Assembly: GCA_963558405.1 (NCBI GenBank) | Contig: CAUWGC010000009.1 | Span: forward strand, 13,422-77,421 | From: an uncultured Clostridia bacterium | Lineage (GTDB): Bacteria > Bacillota > Clostridia > TANB77 > CAG-508 | DNA: 64,000 nt | Direction of reading: 5' to 3' | Shown here: positions 20,583-28,749 of the stretch, piece by piece | Layout: the number at the start of each line of letters is the position of its first letter | Position numbering within the stretch: position 1 is the first letter of the stretch | The notes under the pieces: generated by a model | The model's database searches: none | Seen by the model: the letters and a program-made list of their open reading frames with translations, nothing else | What the model was told of the DNA's origin: nothing | Program-made: the position numbers and the translations under genes

Positions 20583-21440
20583 TTAAACTGGATTTACATG
20601 AATAATTGCATTATGTACTTTATCTAAAGTACATATTTCTTTTTCTAAAGAATCAGCTAGATGGTGGCTTTCAAATGTAGAAATATTACCATCAACATAA
20701 ATTGTAAGTACAATAACATATTGATATCCTATAGGAATAGATGAAATTTTATCAACGCCTCTAATTTCAGAATGTTTATTGATAAAACTTAAAATTGAAT
20801 CAACATAAGTTTTATCTATAGATATATCCATAAGCACATTATAACTCTCTATAAATATAGTTATACCTGTAAAACAAATCCATAATGAAATTCCCATACC
20901 GACAATTCCATCAAACCAATAAATACCTTTTAAAGAAAGTAATATAGAGATTAATGTAAAAAAAGTTACAATACAATCATTTCTATGATCTTTTTTATTT
21001 GATTCTAATAAAATATTAGAATATTTTTTACAAAGGTGACTGGTATAGAAATATAATGCAAGTTTAACTAAAATAGTAATTATACATATTAAAATTAACC
21101 ACCAAGAAAAATTAATTGTTTGCATAGTAATAAGTGAAATTATGGAGTCGTAAAATAGTTTTAAAGCAACAACTATCATGGATAAGCTAATAAAAAAAGA
21201 AAAAATATATTCAGCTTTTCCATGACCAAAATTATGATTAGAATCTTGTGGTGCACTAGCAATTTTACTTCCAATAGCAGTCATTAATGAAGCAAAAATA
21301 TCACCAGCACTATTAGCTGCATCTGCAATCATAGCTTGACTTCTACTTGCAAATCCAACAATTGCTTTAATAAAAAGTAAAAATACATTTCCTAAAATAC
21401 CTATAATTCCAGCTTTTTTTGATGCTTGATAACGTTCCAA
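20583..21440 (-). CDS. Cation diffusion facilitator family transporter
   Basis: SQAMIADAANS, HNFGHGKAEY, HRND, C-terminal IIHVNP. Confidence 0.9.
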   Translation of the reverse strand: MERYQASKKAGIIGILGNVFLLFIKAIVGFASRSQAMIADAANSAGDIFASLMTAIGSKIASAPQDSNHNFGHGKAEYIFSFFISLSMIVVALKLFYDSIISLITMQTINFSWWLILICIITILVKLALYFYTSHLCKKYSNILLESNKKDHRNDCIVTFFTLISILLSLKGIYWFDGIVGMGISLWICFTGITIFIESYNVLMDISIDKTYVDSILSFINKHSEIRGVDKISSIPIGYQYVIVLTIYVDGNISTFESHHLADSLEKEICTLDKVHNAIIHVNPV

Positions 21441-21643
21441 ATTCTTAACATCTCCTATTTTTTATTTAGTATAACATATAATAATATAAAATGGGAGAGT
21501 AAAATATAAAAATATATTACTTTATTTTTGTAATTAATAATAATATCTAATATAAATGTTAAATTCATAAGTGAAAAACTAGGAAACATAAAAAGTTGCC
21601 AGAAATAGAAATGTATGGTATAATAAGAATATCCTAAAAAGAG

Positions 21644-21985
21644 GTGATACAAATGACAATTATAACTTTAATATATTTTCTAATATTTATTATATTTACA
21701 TTAATTGCATTAGCTATTTTTCAGATTAGAATGGCAGGAATAAAAGTAAAAGATTTTTGGACATTTATTCAAGCAAATGAGATGCTAGATAAATTATATA
21801 ATTTTTCAAAAACAGCAGATAAAATGTCTAAACAAGAACAAGTAATATTTTTAATGGAAGCAGATAAAATGTTTAATGCTTTTGAAAAAGTGCCAGAAAT
21901 TCTTTGGGAAGAGGAATATGAAAAATACACAAAAGTATTATCTACATACAAAGATATAAAAATATTAAGATGGGTATCAAATTAA
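21644..21985 (+). CDS. Hypothetical protein with N-terminal TM
   Basis: 113 aa ORF with RBS GAGGTG; start may be ATG 21653. Confidence 0.65.
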   Translation: MIQMTIITLIYFLIFIIFTLIALAIFQIRMAGIKVKDFWTFIQANEMLDKLYNFSKTADKMSKQEQVIFLMEADKMFNAFEKVPEILWEEEYEKYTKVLSTYKDIKILRWVSN

Positions 21986-22101
21986 ACATAAAAATTCATA
22001 TAAATAAAAATAAGTACTTTTTGAAGTACTTATTTTTTGTTCTCTTTAGTGGATAGAGTAAAATATATTAATAAACTATAAAAATAATTTATTAATATAT
22101 T

Positions 22102-22320
22102 TTATTTGTTATCCTCTTTACTAGGGATATATTCTAATAATTCAGAAATTTCACAATTGAATACTCTACATAAACTATCTAATTGTTTAATATCAATTCG
22201 TTTAGTTTCTTCATAATACATTTTTGAAATTGTAGCTGGTCTAATATTAGTTAAGTAAGATAAAGTTTTTTGATTCATTTTGTGTTTTCCTAATAACTCT
22301 GATAATTTAATTCTAATCAT
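22102..22320 (-). CDS. Cro/C1-type (XRE) HTH regulator
   Basis: IKLSELLGKHKMNQKTLSYLTNIRPATISKMY...LCRVFNCEISELLEY. Confidence 0.88.
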   Translation of the reverse strand: MIRIKLSELLGKHKMNQKTLSYLTNIRPATISKMYYEETKRIDIKQLDSLCRVFNCEISELLEYIPSKEDNK

Positions 22321-22488
22321 ACATATCACCTTATTATTGCTGATAAAAATAATAAAAAACGAAAAAAGTATTTTTTTGTTTTTTATACTTGTATTTTATC
22401 ATTTAATGTAATATTATAACATACACATCATAAAATATAACGATAAGAGTAATAAAAAATTTACTAGCAGTAAAAGAAAGGGCATTTT

Positions 22489-22707
22489 ATGAAAAATAAA
22501 GCAAAATGGAAAGAAGAAAATAAAAAATATTTAATAGAAATACAAAAATTTTTAGATAAAGCAGATAATATAAAAGATGAAAAATTAAAAGAAAGCATTA
22601 TATATCAAATGTTAAGATGTGATAAAATTTTAACAGAAATTTCAGAAGAAATGTTTAAGATTTATTATGAAGAGGGAAAAAAAGAAACTTTAAATAATAA
22701 TGTATAA
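22489..22707 (+). CDS. Hypothetical helical protein, divergent from the XRE gene
   Basis: 72 aa ORF with RBS GAAAGGG. Confidence 0.55.
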   Translation: MKNKAKWKEENKKYLIEIQKFLDKADNIKDEKLKESIIYQMLRCDKILTEISEEMFKIYYEEGKKETLNNNV

Positions 22708-22720
22708 ATGTTAATTAATA

Positions 22721-23086
22721 ATGCAAAATAATAGTATGAAAATAAAAAAAATACTAATAGGTTTAATAGCAGGTATTATTAGCGGATTATTTGCTTCTGG
22801 AGGAGGAATGATTTTAGTACCAGCTTTTGTATATATTTTAAAATTAAACGAAAAACAGGCAAGAGCAACATCAATATTTTGTATTTTACCAATGGTGATA
22901 GTAAGTTCATTTTTTTATATAAAAAATGATTATATAAATTGGAAAATAGGAATTTTATCAGCTATAGGAGGAGTAATAGGAGGAATAATAGGAAGTAAAC
23001 TACTAAAAAGGGTTTCAAATAAATTTTTAAAAATATGTTTCACTATCTTTTTAATATATGTATCTATTAGAATGTTATTTTTTTAG
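22721..23086 (+). CDS. TauE/SafE (TSUP) family half-transporter
   Basis: GIISGLFASGGGMILVP, ARATS. Confidence 0.85.
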   Translation: MQNNSMKIKKILIGLIAGIISGLFASGGGMILVPAFVYILKLNEKQARATSIFCILPMVIVSSFFYIKNDYINWKIGILSAIGGVIGGIIGSKLLKRVSNKFLKICFTIFLIYVSIRMLFF

Positions 23087-23097
23087 AAAGGATTTAG

Positions 23098-23469
23098 ATG
23101 ATAGAAATTTTAATAGGAACTATTTCAGGATTAATAAGTGCAATGGGAATGGGAGGAGGAACAGTTTTAATTTTATGTCTTACCCTTTTTTTGGGATATG
23201 AGCAACATGTTGCACAAGCCTCTAATTTAATTTTCTTTATTCCAACATCTTTAGTAGCCATATATATATATTTAAAAAATAAAATGATAGATTATAAATT
23301 AGCGATAACAGTAGCAGTTTCAGGAGTGATAGGAGCAATAATAGGTGCTTTTATATCAATTCAAATGAATTCAATAGTACTTAGAAGATATTTTGGAGCT
23401 TTTTTAGGATTAATTGCAATTAATGAAATATATTCTTATATAAAAAAGTATATAAAACAAAAAAAATAG
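23098..23469 (+). CDS. TauE/SafE (TSUP) family half-transporter
   Basis: GLISAMGMGGGTVLI, QHVAQASNLIFFIP. Confidence 0.85.
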   Translation: MIEILIGTISGLISAMGMGGGTVLILCLTLFLGYEQHVAQASNLIFFIPTSLVAIYIYLKNKMIDYKLAITVAVSGVIGAIIGAFISIQMNSIVLRRYFGAFLGLIAINEIYSYIKKYIKQKK

Positions 23470-23512
23470 ACATAATAGAGATATAATAAAAATAGGACAA
23501 GGAGGAAATAAA

Positions 23513-23653
23513 ATGAAATTTGTAAAAGGAATGTTAATAGGAACTTTACTTTCAGCTGGTGTTGTAATGATGTATAGTGAAACTATGAATGGAAGCAAAA
23601 AGAAAATAATGAAAAAAGGAAAAAAGATGATTCATAAAATGGGAATAATCTAA
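23513..23653 (+). CDS. Small protein (46 aa), YtxH-like N-terminus, not in ORF track
   Basis: RBS AAGGAGG; MKFVKGMLIGTLLSAGVVMMYSETMNGSKKKIMKKGKKMIHKMGII; terminator follows. Confidence 0.75.
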   Translation: MKFVKGMLIGTLLSAGVVMMYSETMNGSKKKIMKKGKKMIHKMGII

Positions 23654-23716
23654 AAAATAAAAGAGCAGGAATAATCCAGCTCTTTTATTTTTTAGATTAT
23701 TTTACAATGTTAAGTT

Positions 23717-24139
23717 TTATTTGCCACAAGGTAATTCTGGCTTATGACATTCATCTATACAATCACAATCCATTTTAACACCTTTTAGACAGTCACCATC
23801 ACAATCACATTTAGCGCAAATTTTAACATGTTTAACTTTATTTACCCAGATTTCAAGTTCATAATTTCTATTTGAACATAGTGGTCCAAATACAAATTCT
23901 CCATCTTTATCTGTAAATGTGTGAGATACTGGTCTGTGTTCTTCTTTTCCACATTCATAAACAACTTCAATTAATTTTACAACTGCATCACATATTGGTT
24001 CTTTATAGCAATTACGAACAACACCATAAATTACATCTCTTCCATCTTCTGGAATTGTAATATCCAAATCAAATTGTTTACCACAAGCTGCTTTTCCATC
24101 AATATCTAGTATAGGACATACTGATTTTTCGTATTCCAT
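23717..24139 (-). CDS. Cysteine-rich protein with carboxypeptidase-regulatory-like fold, probable spore surface protein
   Basis: VIYGVV...AVVKL...HTFTDKDGEFVFGPL; Cys-rich tail; RBS GAAAGGA. Confidence 0.7.
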   Translation of the reverse strand: MEYEKSVCPILDIDGKAACGKQFDLDITIPEDGRDVIYGVVRNCYKEPICDAVVKLIEVVYECGKEEHRPVSHTFTDKDGEFVFGPLCSNRNYELEIWVNKVKHVKICAKCDCDGDCLKGVKMDCDCIDECHKPELPCGK

Positions 24140-24288
24140 ATTATTACATCCTTTCAAAAATAATTTGCTTTCTAAAGCTTAGTATATAATATTCAAATAA
24201 GAACAAAAGGTGACAAAGAAAAATTACAGAAATATAGTTTTATTTTATAAAATATAGTATAATAAAAAAATAGAAAGGAGAAGAAAAA

Positions 24289-25080
24289 GTGGATATAAGA
24301 CCAATAGGAATGTTAGATTCAGGAATAGGTGGAATAACTGTTCTAAAGGAAATAAAAAAGGTTTTGCCAAAAGAAGATATTTTATATTATGGTGATACAT
24401 TAAATTTTCCATATGGAAATAAATCAAAAGATACAATTATAAAACTAACTAAATTAGGAATTGATTTTTTAATAAAAAAAGGAGTAAAAGCAATAGTAAT
24501 TGCTTGTGGTACAGCTACAAGTCAGGCTCTAGAAGAAATAAAGGGAAATTATAAGATTCCAATTATAGGAATAATAAAACCAACAATAGAATTAATTTCA
24601 GAAAAAAAATTTAAAAAGATAGGTGTTATTGCTACAGAAGGAACAATTAGAAGTAATTCATGGGAAAATAATATAAAAAATATAGATAATAATATTTTAG
24701 TATATAATAAAGCTTGTCCAATGCTTGCACCAATGGCAGAAGAAGGATGGACCAATAACCAAATCGCAAAGCTTGCTGTTTCAGAATATTTAAAAGAATT
24801 AAAAGAAAAAAATATTGACAGTATAATATTAGGATGCACTCATTATCCTTTGTTTAAAGAGTGTATTCAAAAAGAATTGGGAAATTCAGTTTATTTAATA
24901 AATACAGGGGAAATGACTAGTAATAAATTAAAGGAAATATTACAAAAAGAAAATATGCTAAAAGAAAAAGGAAAAAGTAAAGTAACTGTATATTTAACGA
25001 ATATGGAATGTAATTTTAAAAAAATGACAAATAAGTATTTAAATGAAGCAAACTTAAATTTAGAAATAAAAAAAGTATAA
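24289..25080 (+). CDS. murI: Glutamate racemase
   Basis: DSGIGG, FPYG, IACGTA, LGCTHYP. Confidence 0.95.
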   Translation: MDIRPIGMLDSGIGGITVLKEIKKVLPKEDILYYGDTLNFPYGNKSKDTIIKLTKLGIDFLIKKGVKAIVIACGTATSQALEEIKGNYKIPIIGIIKPTIELISEKKFKKIGVIATEGTIRSNSWENNIKNIDNNILVYNKACPMLAPMAEEGWTNNQIAKLAVSEYLKELKEKNIDSIILGCTHYPLFKECIQKELGNSVYLINTGEMTSNKLKEILQKENMLKEKGKSKVTVYLTNMECNFKKMTNKYLNEANLNLEIKKV

Positions 25081-25230
25081 TAAAGAAGTAGGATAAAAAA
25101 ATCTTACTTCTTTAATTAATTTATATAAAATTATAATATTTAATCAAAAAATATATAAATAGTAATAAATAAAAAGTTTGTACATATATATTAAAAAACA
25201 AAATAAATAATAAATTACAGGAGGAATGAT

Positions 25231-26010
25231 ATGTTTTTTGTAATGAATAAAAAGAAAATTTATTCTTATATGGTAGCATTAAGCACAGTTGCAATATTAT
25301 TAACTTTTGGAGTTGCACTTACAGGAAGAATGGAAAATACAACTATACAAACATCAAGTTATACAAACCGTTTACTTCCAATATATCAAGTAGATACAAA
25401 TGAAAAAAAAGTATCTTTAACAATAAATTGTGCATGGAATGCAGATGATATAGATCTTATTTTAAACACATTACAAAAAGAAAATGTTAAAGTCACCTTT
25501 TTTATGGTAGGAGATTGGGTAAAAAAATATCCAGAAGCTGTAAAGAAAATATATGAAGCAGGACACGAAATAGGAAATCATTCTGATACACATCCTCATG
25601 TAAATAAGATGTCATATGAAAAAAATAGAAAAGAAATAATAGAGTGTTCAAATAAAATAAAAGAAATAACTGGAAAATCTACATCATTATATCGTGGACC
25701 ATATGGAGAGTATAATGATACTGTTATAAAAGCAGCAAGAGCTGAAAAACAAGAAGTAATACAGTGGAATATAGATACATTAGACTATAAAGGATTAACT
25801 GGAAAAGAAATGGTAGAAAGAATTAGTGAGAAGTTGACTAAAGGTAGTATTATACTAATGCATAATGGTACAAAATATACAGCAGAAAGTCTAGAAATGA
25901 TAATAGAAAATGTAAAATCAAAAGGATATAATATTGTTCCTGTATCGGAATTGATTTATTCTGAAAATTATGAAATAGATGTTAATGGAGTGCAAAAATT
26001 AAAGAAGTAA
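25231..26010 (+). CDS. pdaB: Polysaccharide deacetylase, PdaB-like sporulation protein
   Basis: N-terminal TM, SLTINCAW, HEIGNHSDTHPH, RGPYGEY, IILMHN; SigE-like CATATATT upstream. Confidence 0.8.
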   Translation: MFFVMNKKKIYSYMVALSTVAILLTFGVALTGRMENTTIQTSSYTNRLLPIYQVDTNEKKVSLTINCAWNADDIDLILNTLQKENVKVTFFMVGDWVKKYPEAVKKIYEAGHEIGNHSDTHPHVNKMSYEKNRKEIIECSNKIKEITGKSTSLYRGPYGEYNDTVIKAARAEKQEVIQWNIDTLDYKGLTGKEMVERISEKLTKGSIILMHNGTKYTAESLEMIIENVKSKGYNIVPVSELIYSENYEIDVNGVQKLKK

Positions 26011-26127
26011 AAAATATAAAGATAAATCAGAATATTCAATATAAAATTGGAAATACTAGTTAATGTTTATAGTAAAACAAGTATAAACGTTTTATTATAT
26101 AAAATTCTTGGAACAAGGAGAAATAAA

Positions 26128-26634
26128 ATGTCTTTTATTGGAATAATAACAGGACAAAAAAATAGTGTTTACGCCAAAAATATGATAGAAAAAAATTTGA
26201 AAAATAAGAATGTAACTGTAATAGTTATAAATGACAAAAATATAGAGAATGTTCGTAACATAAAATTTGAAACAATTATAATGACAGAAGAAATAAAAAA
26301 AGAAGAATATTTAAAAAAAATATTAAGAAATACTAAATATCTGATTATAAATGCAGATATGAGGTATAATGTAAGTATATTAAAAGACATAGAAATAGTT
26401 GCAATCAGCTATGGATTTAATCATAAATCTACAGTTACCATTTCTAGTATAGAAGAAGACAATATACTTGTTTGCATTCAAAGAAATATGTTAGATATAA
26501 ATGGACATTTGATAGAGTTTCAAGAACTTAGTATAAAAACAGAAAGTAAAGATAAAAATTTTAAAATAGATATAACAATGGGATTAATTATAGCGATATT
26601 GATTTATGGACAAAGAAATATTATTATTTTTTAG
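26128..26634 (+). CDS. Hypothetical protein, Mur-ligase middle-domain-like
   Basis: RBS AAGGAG before ATG 26128; LIINAD...ISYGFNHKSTVTISSI...CIQR. Confidence 0.65.
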   Translation: MSFIGIITGQKNSVYAKNMIEKNLKNKNVTVIVINDKNIENVRNIKFETIIMTEEIKKEEYLKKILRNTKYLIINADMRYNVSILKDIEIVAISYGFNHKSTVTISSIEEDNILVCIQRNMLDINGHLIEFQELSIKTESKDKNFKIDITMGLIIAILIYGQRNIIIF

Positions 26635-26834
26635 ATAATAAAAAATTGTGAAAATAGATAAAATTAACTGCTAAAACATGAAAAATTAATAAAAAATTCA
26701 AAAAAATAACATTTTATGTAGACAAAACCAAAAAAAGGTAGTATAATATGAAATGTAAACTAAAATTAGTCTAAAAAGGAAACTATATGAATAAATTACA
26801 AAATAGAGAAACAAATTTAAGGGAGGAAATAAAA

Positions 26835-27530
26835 TTGAGTACAAATTATGGAGATAACAACCATTTAAGATTAGTGGGAAAAGTTACAAGTGAGAAAGTA
26901 TTTAGTCATGAAATTTATGGAGAAAAGTTCTATGTATTTAACTTAGAAGTTGCAAGATTAAGCGGAATGGCAGACATGATACCTGTTACTGTATCAGAAA
27001 GATTAATAACAAAACAAGATTTAAATATAGGAACTAAAGTAATTATAGAAGGTCAATTTAGATCTTATAATAGTTACGAAACAGAAAGAAACAGATTAGT
27101 ACTTACAGTATTTGCAAAAGACATAGAATTCTTACCAGAAGACGAAGATATAACACCAAGCAAAGATAATGTTTCAAATGAAGTAACATTATGTGGATAT
27201 ATTTGCAAAAAACCAATTTATCGTAAAACACCTTTTGGAAGAGAAATAGCAGATGTATTACTTGCTGTTAATAGAGCATATAACAAAAGTGATTATATCC
27301 CATGTATTTGTTGGGGACGTAATGCAAGATATTGCCAAGACATGGAAGTAGGTACAGAAATAAAAATAGTAGGTAGAGTTCAATCAAGATTATATGAAAA
27401 GAAACATGAAGATGGAACAGTTGAAACAAGAGTTGCATATGAAGTATCTGTTAGCAGTCTAGAAATTATAGAAGAAGCAAAAAAACCAGAAAATCAAGAA
27501 AATATAGAAGAAAACGAAGAAGTTATTTAA
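26835..27530 (+). CDS. ssb: Single-stranded DNA-binding protein, clostridial two-OB-fold type
   Basis: Two OB folds; RKTPFGREIADVLLAVNRAYNKSDYIPCICWGRNA; TTG start after GGGAGG. Confidence 0.88.
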   Translation: MSTNYGDNNHLRLVGKVTSEKVFSHEIYGEKFYVFNLEVARLSGMADMIPVTVSERLITKQDLNIGTKVIIEGQFRSYNSYETERNRLVLTVFAKDIEFLPEDEDITPSKDNVSNEVTLCGYICKKPIYRKTPFGREIADVLLAVNRAYNKSDYIPCICWGRNARYCQDMEVGTEIKIVGRVQSRLYEKKHEDGTVETRVAYEVSVSSLEIIEEAKKPENQENIEENEEVI

Positions 27531-27610
27531 TATAAAGCAACATATAACAAAAAATAGCTATGTTAAATTTGTAATGTAGCTATTTTTTATTAATAATTTA
27601 TAAAAAAGTA

Positions 27611-27639
27611 TTGATATTTTAATATAATTAGTATATAAT
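27611..27639 (+). promoter_or_regulatory. SigA promoter of the 5S-tRNA unit
   Basis: TTGATA-17bp-TATAAT, ending 7 bp before the 5S 5' end. Confidence 0.8.
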
Positions 27640-27646
27640 ACATTTC

Positions 27647-27762
27647 GTTGGTGATAATAACATAGAGGAAATACCTGTTTCCATTTCGAACACAGAAGTC
27701 AAGCTTTAATGTGCCAAAAATACTTGTGGGTTACCCTACTGGGAAAATAGGTTGTTGCCAAC
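27647..27762 (+). rRNA. rrf: 5S rRNA, not linked to 16S/23S
   Basis: 116 nt; terminal helix GTTGGTGATAA/TTGTTGCCAAC; conserved CCATTTCGAACACAGAAGTCAAGC. Confidence 0.92.
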
Positions 27763-27769
27763 AATATAT

Positions 27770-27845
27770 TCCTCTTTAGCTCAGTTGGTAGAGCGCTCGG
27801 CTGTTAACCGATAGGTCGTTGGTTCGAGTCCAACAAGAGGAGCCA
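27770..27845 (+). tRNA. tRNA-Asn(GTT)
   Basis: 76 nt cloverleaf, anticodon loop CTGTTAA, GGTTCGAGTCC, encoded CCA. Confidence 0.97.
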
Positions 27846-27848
27846 AAC

Positions 27849-27880
27849 AAAAACACGCTAAAAATTCTAGCGTGTTTTTT
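27849..27880. terminator. Bidirectional terminator
   Basis: AAAAACACGCTA / TAGCGTGTTTTT inverted repeat between tRNA-Asn and the convergent adk-like gene. Confidence 0.85.
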
Positions 27881-27920
27881 GCTGTGGTATAGGAAAATTG
27901 AAGCAAAATGCCTTTTATAT

Positions 27921-28592
27921 TTAGCGAAGTTCTTTAAAGAATCTTTCTAAATATGGATCATTGGAAAGAGAAAAAGGTTGAGGAATAATCAAAGGCAATA
28001 CATTTTCTTTACCAGCTAAAAATGCAATTACCGGCATTGTATCTTTTTCATAAGAAATAAGTCGTTTTTCAACAATTTCTCTTTTATCATCAGGTCTTTT
28101 AATTACGCAAGTTCCACAATAATCACAAATGTTATCCCTTTTAGGGGGATTAATTGATTTGCTATCAGTATATGTAGTACCACAAACAGGACAGTAGAGT
28201 CGATGTTTAGAACGAATCAATACTTCTTTGTCAGTAATATCAAATACCAATAAATTAATTGTTGAATCTGGTAAATGCTTCAACAATTCTTTTGCTTGAT
28301 AAACTGTACGTGGAAAACCATCAAGAATAATATCCTTACCTTGTTTTTTTACCTTCTTGATAGCATCTATAACAATAGTACTAATAATTTCGTCCGGAAC
28401 AAGTTTCCCTTCATCAAGGTATGACTTAACTTTATCCCCTAATGGATTTTTTTTTAAAACAGCATTACGTAATATTTGTCCTGGAGAAATAATAAAAAAA
28501 TTATCCAACAAAGAAGTTCGCTTTTTTAATTCTTCAGTCCGGGTCCTCTTACCAGCTTCAGGTTTACCAATGTAAACAACAATTTTGTTCAT
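27921..28592 (-). CDS. Adenylate kinase family protein with degenerate P-loop
   Basis: GKLVPDEI, LDGFPRT, Zn-LID CPVC/CDYC, RPDD; P-loop GKPEAGKRTR; start at ATG after AAGGAGG. Confidence 0.85.
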   Translation of the reverse strand: MNKIVVYIGKPEAGKRTRTEELKKRTSLLDNFFIISPGQILRNAVLKKNPLGDKVKSYLDEGKLVPDEIISTIVIDAIKKVKKQGKDIILDGFPRTVYQAKELLKHLPDSTINLLVFDITDKEVLIRSKHRLYCPVCGTTYTDSKSINPPKRDNICDYCGTCVIKRPDDKREIVEKRLISYEKDTMPVIAFLAGKENVLPLIIPQPFSLSNDPYLERFFKELR

Positions 28593-28749
28593 TTTGGTAT
28601 GCCTCCTTAAAAATTTAATAATGCTAAAAAGCGAAGAATAGTATAACATAAATAACAAAAGTGTGCAAACAAAATATGAAATTTCTTGCATTTTACCTCT
28701 ATTTGTAATATAATCTTTAAAGAAAAATTTACAAAAAAGAGGAGAAAAA

